Shown in pieces: positions 58,900 through 64,000 of a stretch of 64,000 nt of DNA. The DNA is from Bacteriovoracaceae bacterium (GTDB lineage: Bacteria; Bdellovibrionota; Bacteriovoracia; Bacteriovoracales; Bacteriovoracaceae): NCBI GenBank assembly GCA_048270185.1, contig JBLWTJ010000001.1:128001-192000 (forward strand), written 5' to 3'. Below the pieces are notes generated by a model. The model worked only from the letters and a program-made list of their open reading frames with translations, searched no databases and was not told the origin of the DNA. How positions within the stretch are numbered: the stretch's first letter is position 1; each line of letters opens with the position of its first letter. The translations under genes were made by a program, and so were the position numbers.

Positions 58900-61800
58900 A
58901 TGAAGTCGATATTATTGATAATCCTATTCCTAAATCTTGGTCTTAATCTGGTCTTTGCAGCAGATGGCCTGGTTCCTATTAACGGTGAAAGCCTCCCGGC
59001 CGCAGATCTCTATAGTCCTGATTATGGTGCTCTTGATTCCGAGTTTGCATATGAGTTAAAGCAAGAAGGAGTGGACCTCTCACGTCTTAATCCTGTGAAG
59101 TCAAATCTTTGGAACGGTGAGGATAATTTTAAACAATTAAATGAAGATCTAAATCTTCCAATTGATAACGGAGATACTCTAAGTTTTAAGGGCCTCATTA
59201 GCTCCCCTGAAAGTATCCTTAGGTTTAATGCCACTAATGAGAAAGGGACATTTCAAGTTCATCTTTCAAAAACTCTACATACAATTCTTCTAAGAAAGAA
59301 TCTTCTGCGTAAGGCAGGCTTTATTATTCCTTCTTCAAAGTATATGAAAAATCTTAGAATTGAGTTTAATTCACAAAGAGAAAAAGATTTCTTTAAAGAT
59401 GTGGATCTTGTCTCTCAGCTTGGAGCCTCATATAAGAATTGGCTTGTTGAAGAAGGTGATGATTATCTCGTTCTAAAAGATATCTTTGTCAGACTTCCTA
59501 AGGAAGACGACTTCTATGATGTTGCTCTAACTTCAATTAATGATACAAAAGATTTAAGAGCGCTTCGAAGTCTTATTGTTATCTACTCTTACTTAAACTT
59601 AAATGAATCAATTAATAAATTCTCATTTAATTTTTTGAAGATAAAAAATAATAATTTATTATTTGATTATCCAACGGCAACGAATTTCGATGCAACTTAT
59701 GACGATGTTGTGTGGGCCGCACGATTCATTGTAAAGCTTACTCGTCGTGATATTCAAGAAATCGTTCAAACTTCATTCTTTCCTATGCCTGTGGCAAAAC
59801 TACTTGTTGAAAAACTTGTGGCGCGAAGAAATAACTTAATTGAAACTTTAAAACTAGAAGGAGAAATTCTTCCATATGTTAAAGAAGTTAAAGATGAACT
59901 GATTGATAAAGGATTTTTAAAACCACATAAATTTGAAGATTATGCTTCTCAATTTAGCTTTGGAGCATCTGTTGGTCCTCTTGATGATATTCCATCATTT
60001 CTTTTTGGAGAGGCACAATCCTTTGGTTTTAAAGAAATTATGAGCAAACTCAGTGAAAATTTAAGCTTATTCAATCTTAGTGAAGCCAAGGTTAAATGGT
60101 TACAAGAAGATTTTGAGGCCAATAAAGAATTCGCTCTTGAATATTTTGATGAACATGGAGAGTTTCCACCTCTACCATTTTCAAGCTGGAAATCTCCTGT
60201 TGCTAAGGGAAATATTATATTTGGCCGTGACGTTGTTGTAGGGCAAAACTTTGGAACTGATAATTTTGTTCAACTAGCTGATACGATTGGTTTTACAACA
60301 AACTTAGGCCTATTTATTGGATTAGAACGATTTGGTTCTCAACTCGTTGGTGGATCTGTATTTCCTAATATCGGGATTAATACTAGTTATAGTCATGTAA
60401 GACCTGTTGAAGATCTAAAACAGGCCATTAAAACGCCTTACAAGAATATGCTTGTTGGTCTTACATTAAAGAATTTAGAAAAGAAGTTAAGCACTTATAT
60501 TGCTACATCAAAAAATACTGAAATTGATGAAAGTGAAAAGCTGCAAAAACTAAATGATCTCTATAATTCGATATCTGAAAATATCGGTGTAGGGGAGTCG
60601 ATCATTATTTCTACTTCTGTGGTTCCAGATATTACACTTTCTCTAAGTGCTCCTCTGTATGGTGTGGGAAATGGATACGGAAGTATTAGTAAAAAATATA
60701 AAGAACTTTCTCGTATTCATATTACTAGAAAATCAAAGTATATCTTTCATATTTACTATGATGGTGCCAAGGTAAATGAAGTTCGTGTACGTGGCGGATT
60801 ATCGTATCTAATACCTATTATCATGGCCGAAGGTAGTGATATCAAGTCAAAACTTGATATGAAATTATATGAACTAAACCTTGACCCGAATGGAGACGAA
60901 TTAGAGTTTGCTTCTGATGTAGCAAAATTCATATCTCTTTTAAGAGATCGTACAAATGAGGCCATGGGTGAAGAAGATATTCAAGTCTTTAATAAAAGTC
61001 ATGATAAGGCCTTCAATTTTAATTTCTTATTCTTCGTTTCAAAGTCTCTTAAGACGATTACTGAATTATTTGTTAAAGTTAAAGATCAGGTAAACTTAAA
61101 GCTTGTAACGGCCAGTCATGGTGAAATGGATGGTATTAATTTAGCAAAATTAATGCAAAATCTTGGAGCATATGCACTTAAACAATTTGTTGCTGAGTTA
61201 GATGTTAACTGGGATAAGAGCTATATTCCAATGGTTCCTGAAGCAAAACATTATTATCAAAATCCTGGAAAGAGTTTCTTTGGATCTGCGACAACATATG
61301 AGACGACAATTGAGTCTAAGCTTAGAAATCCAGAAGGTGAGATTGTTCTTGATAATATGAATGAACTCTATATGCACTTTAGAAAAACTCATCAGAAGGC
61401 CGTGATGAAGGAAAAGACAATAAAGAAATACCTTAGAAAAGAAAATAAGGCCTTCAATCTTGACCTCTATACTGATGCAGATTCTAAAGATGCTGGTGCT
61501 ATTAATTTTGCAAAGTTAGAAACAAAAATTCATTTCTTTGATAAGGCCGTTAAACGTATTTTTAATATCTCAGGGCGTGAATTAGACTTTATCTCAAGTC
61601 GAATGAAAAAGAGAAATTGTCACAATCGAGAAAATGGTGGGCAGACGATTTCTGGACAGCTTCGTTGTGGTGATCTTGAACCAATTGAAAATAAGCTTTA
61701 CTGGTGTAAGAAATATATTAAGAAAGAAAGATACCATAAGGGCCTAAAGTGCCTTGCTCACGTCGGTCATTATTTTGCTCGCTATATTGATGCTAAAACA

Positions 61801-62016
61801 TTGTTAGAATTCTTTGGCGAAGAGAATATATATGTTGAATCACAATTATCTGGTTACCGAATCAAGAGTGAACTTATGCTTAAGCCTATTATTGGTAATT
61901 CATATGGTAAAGTTAATACTCGTAATTTTGGAGGGCCTGTAAATAAGATGGTTTCTGTCCTTAACCTGATTAAGGCCGAAGTCATGGGGTATTGGTATAG
62001 GGGGACACTGAAATGA
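58900..62016 (+). CDS. Large secreted hypothetical protein
   Basis: ATG 58900 gives a signal peptide ending VFA-A; about 1038 aa; TGA overlaps the next ATG. Confidence 0.75.
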   Translation: MKSILLIILFLNLGLNLVFAADGLVPINGESLPAADLYSPDYGALDSEFAYELKQEGVDLSRLNPVKSNLWNGEDNFKQLNEDLNLPIDNGDTLSFKGLISSPESILRFNATNEKGTFQVHLSKTLHTILLRKNLLRKAGFIIPSSKYMKNLRIEFNSQREKDFFKDVDLVSQLGASYKNWLVEEGDDYLVLKDIFVRLPKEDDFYDVALTSINDTKDLRALRSLIVIYSYLNLNESINKFSFNFLKIKNNNLLFDYPTATNFDATYDDVVWAARFIVKLTRRDIQEIVQTSFFPMPVAKLLVEKLVARRNNLIETLKLEGEILPYVKEVKDELIDKGFLKPHKFEDYASQFSFGASVGPLDDIPSFLFGEAQSFGFKEIMSKLSENLSLFNLSEAKVKWLQEDFEANKEFALEYFDEHGEFPPLPFSSWKSPVAKGNIIFGRDVVVGQNFGTDNFVQLADTIGFTTNLGLFIGLERFGSQLVGGSVFPNIGINTSYSHVRPVEDLKQAIKTPYKNMLVGLTLKNLEKKLSTYIATSKNTEIDESEKLQKLNDLYNSISENIGVGESIIISTSVVPDITLSLSAPLYGVGNGYGSISKKYKELSRIHITRKSKYIFHIYYDGAKVNEVRVRGGLSYLIPIIMAEGSDIKSKLDMKLYELNLDPNGDELEFASDVAKFISLLRDRTNEAMGEEDIQVFNKSHDKAFNFNFLFFVSKSLKTITELFVKVKDQVNLKLVTASHGEMDGINLAKLMQNLGAYALKQFVAELDVNWDKSYIPMVPEAKHYYQNPGKSFFGSATTYETTIESKLRNPEGEIVLDNMNELYMHFRKTHQKAVMKEKTIKKYLRKENKAFNLDLYTDADSKDAGAINFAKLETKIHFFDKAVKRIFNISGRELDFISSRMKKRNCHNRENGGQTISGQLRCGDLEPIENKLYWCKKYIKKERYHKGLKCLAHVGHYFARYIDAKTLLEFFGEENIYVESQLSGYRIKSELMLKPIIGNSYGKVNTRNFGGPVNKMVSVLNLIKAEVMGYWYRGTLK

Positions 62017-64000
62017 TAAGAAGTTTTATATTACTAGTCTCTCTAGTGTTTATATTAAATTCATTTGCATCTGATATTAATTTTGATTCCAGGCAGTGGT
62101 CTGTTTCAAATACGGCCCAAAGCTATAATCGAAAAAACTCAGAGCTAACATATAATACAATCAATGGTATAGAAGGCGTCGATATAAATGATCTGACAAA
62201 AGTTCAAAGGCAATCCCTTGGAGCTAATAAGGCCATTGTTGCTATTATAGACTCTGGTGTTGACATCCATCATCCAGATTTAAAAGATAAAATTTGGGAG
62301 TTTCCTGATTGTATTGGCAAGAGCGAAGAAGAGAGAAAGTCACTTCCATGCTTTGGTATTAATGTTTTAGATAATAATGGTGATGTTTCTGATAAGGATG
62401 GCCATGGAACATTTGTTGCAGGTCTAATTGCGGCAAAACGAGATGGTATCGGGATATCTGGAGTCTTAACTGAAAATGTCAAAATAATGCCTATTAAGGC
62501 CATTACGAATTTTAAAGGCTTCACTTATAATGGAAAAGTAGTCACTAGTTATATTGCTCGTGGTATTATTTTTGCTGTTAATAATGGTGCTAGTGTTATT
62601 AATCTATCGCTAGGAATTCCAAAAGTTGTAGAGACACCACAAGTCGTTAGTGCAATTGATTATGCACTTTCTAAGAATGTAATTGTTGTTGCATCGGCCG
62701 GAAATAATAATAAACGAAAGAATATCTTCCCATGTAATTACAACGGTGTTGTTTGTGTTGGTGGTATTGATATTCAAGGAGAAAAAGTATCGTCATCTAA
62801 TTATGGACAGACTGTTGATATTTACGCTCCAGGTGAAAAGCTTATTAGTACAATTCCTGTTGGTATGGAGTCGACGATTCTTCGTATCGGTAATTATGAT
62901 GTTAAGAATGGTACTTCTTTTGCCATTTCGTATATTTCAGCTTTAGCGGCCGCTCTTAAAATAAAGGGTTCAATTAAAAATAGCTATGACTTTCTATCGA
63001 TTCTTGAGACTTCAAATCGTAATTTCTCAAAAGATGAAATTCTACCTGCTGTCGATTATCAGAAAGCGTTTAATGTAAATCAACTTAGACCCGTTATTCT
63101 TACTAAGAAAATTGATAAAATTGCTATTGAAAAAAAGAATGATAAATTCTTTGCAAGCTTTGAGCTTGAAATTTACCATCCAAACTTTGAAAATGAAATC
63201 TTGGATGATCACATTTGTATAAACTCCAAACAATCAGTACTTCGCGATGATATTGAACTATGTAAGAAGATTAAACTTTCAAATAAGCTAAATAAAGTGA
63301 ATCTCCAGTATGAGCTCAAAGACCTGGATATTGATTCGTGGCAGGAATTCGAAATTAATCTTGTTAAGTCTAGCGTATTAAAAAGTATCGATGTTGAACT
63401 TCTTGCTCCAGTAAAAGTCTCTAAGAAGAAAGTAGTTTCTAAAATCGCAGCGGGTGCAATCCTTAGGATAGCTTCTAATATTAAAGTTTCGCAGTTAAAG
63501 AAAGTAATTGATTATAATGCAACGAAAGAGACACAAGACTATTATGCGCTTAATACGAGATCAAAAAGAAGTATCTTCTATATGAAGGAAGTGGATAATG
63601 AATACTTGCCATCACAGATCATATTTGAAGAAGATATTAATGTTATTAGTCTAATGAAAGTTGATATGAATTTAGACGGAAAACTTGATTTATTTGTATA
63701 TGGTACTTCAAAAGATAATCGAGAATATATTATGGCCTCTTACTCAATGGATGGAAGGCCGCTATTTGGTAAGAATTCGATTTGGCACCTTCAGGCGTCT
63801 CAATTTGGCGCTCTCGATTTCAATCGAGGAAGAGCATACTTTAACTTCATAAGGTCGAATTCAAAAGATTTAGGTGATTTCCTAACTCCACTTGTGAGCC
63901 GAGTTTTCGAGTTACCGCAAGTTGATAATAATACTGACCCAATTGATTACTTAGAAAACAAAGTAAAAAAGAGACCTTATTATTTGATGCCATCAGTTAT
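62013..64000 (+). CDS. Secreted subtilisin-like S8 serine protease (partial, runs off window; absent from the ORF track)
   Basis: Hand translation: signal peptide MIRSFILLVSLVFILNSFA, VAIIDSG (Asp), DGHGTFVAG (His), ASAGN, NGTSFA (Ser), later DMNLDGKLD. Confidence 0.9.
   Translation, partial: MIRSFILLVSLVFILNSFASDINFDSRQWSVSNTAQSYNRKNSELTYNTINGIEGVDINDLTKVQRQSLGANKAIVAIIDSGVDIHHPDLKDKIWEFPDCIGKSEEERKSLPCFGINVLDNNGDVSDKDGHGTFVAGLIAAKRDGIGISGVLTENVKIMPIKAITNFKGFTYNGKVVTSYIARGIIFAVNNGASVINLSLGIPKVVETPQVVSAIDYALSKNVIVVASAGNNNKRKNIFPCNYNGVVCVGGIDIQGEKVSSSNYGQTVDIYAPGEKLISTIPVGMESTILRIGNYDVKNGTSFAISYISALAAALKIKGSIKNSYDFLSILETSNRNFSKDEILPAVDYQKAFNVNQLRPVILTKKIDKIAIEKKNDKFFASFELEIYHPNFENEILDDHICINSKQSVLRDDIELCKKIKLSNKLNKVNLQYELKDLDIDSWQEFEINLVKSSVLKSIDVELLAPVKVSKKKVVSKIAAGAILRIASNIKVSQLKKVIDYNATKETQDYYALNTRSKRSIFYMKEVDNEYLPSQIIFEEDINVISLMKVDMNLDGKLDLFVYGTSKDNREYIMASYSMDGRPLFGKNSIWHLQASQFGALDFNRGRAYFNFIRSNSKDLGDFLTPLVSRVFELPQVDNNTDPIDYLENKVKKRPYYLMPSV

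Noticed and set aside
1454..63233. Many short overlapping or antisense ORFs in the track (e.g. 1454-1771, 15414-15767, 25578-26102, 53461-53916, 62270-62524, 62683-62946)
   Set aside because: They lie within well-supported genes in other frames and show no motifs
1..64000. CRISPR array, rRNA, tRNA, prophage, integrase or transposase
   Set aside because: No regularly spaced repeats, RNA-gene signatures or such ORFs seen by eye

Overview
AT-rich bacterial chromosome segment, most likely from a predatory Bdellovibrionota (Bacteriovoracaceae/Halobacteriovorax-like). This taxon is inferred from gene content, not looked up. Housekeeping loci: 3' end of der, nnrD, yfgM-bamB, a GuaB/GuaC-family enzyme, plsB-like, infC(ATT start)-rpmI-rplT, cdaA-cdaR-glmM-pdxJ, tsaE, Rrf2-iscS, a stand-alone EF-G, a CCA-type nucleotidyltransferase, system II cytochrome c maturation and uppP. 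Accessory content: an 8-gene lipid cluster (GbsR-like regulator, fabF, ACP, CrtI-like oxidoreductase, oleABCD); a secreted PBP4/DacB with an overlapping ankyrin gene; a sigma28-preceded operon (large secreted protein, HExxH lipoprotein protease, PepSY-like protein); a thioredoxin-like gene coupled to a His-rich chemoreceptor; an orphan consensus sigma54 promoter before a structured candidate sRNA; a TA-flanked MITE-like element in the 3' end of nnrD; a small AT-rich islet with a frameshifted secreted gene; and a subtilase running off the window end. GGCC looks strongly over-represented outside the islet. No rRNA, tRNA, CRISPR array or transposase was seen. All family calls come from motif recognition by eye; no searches were run.
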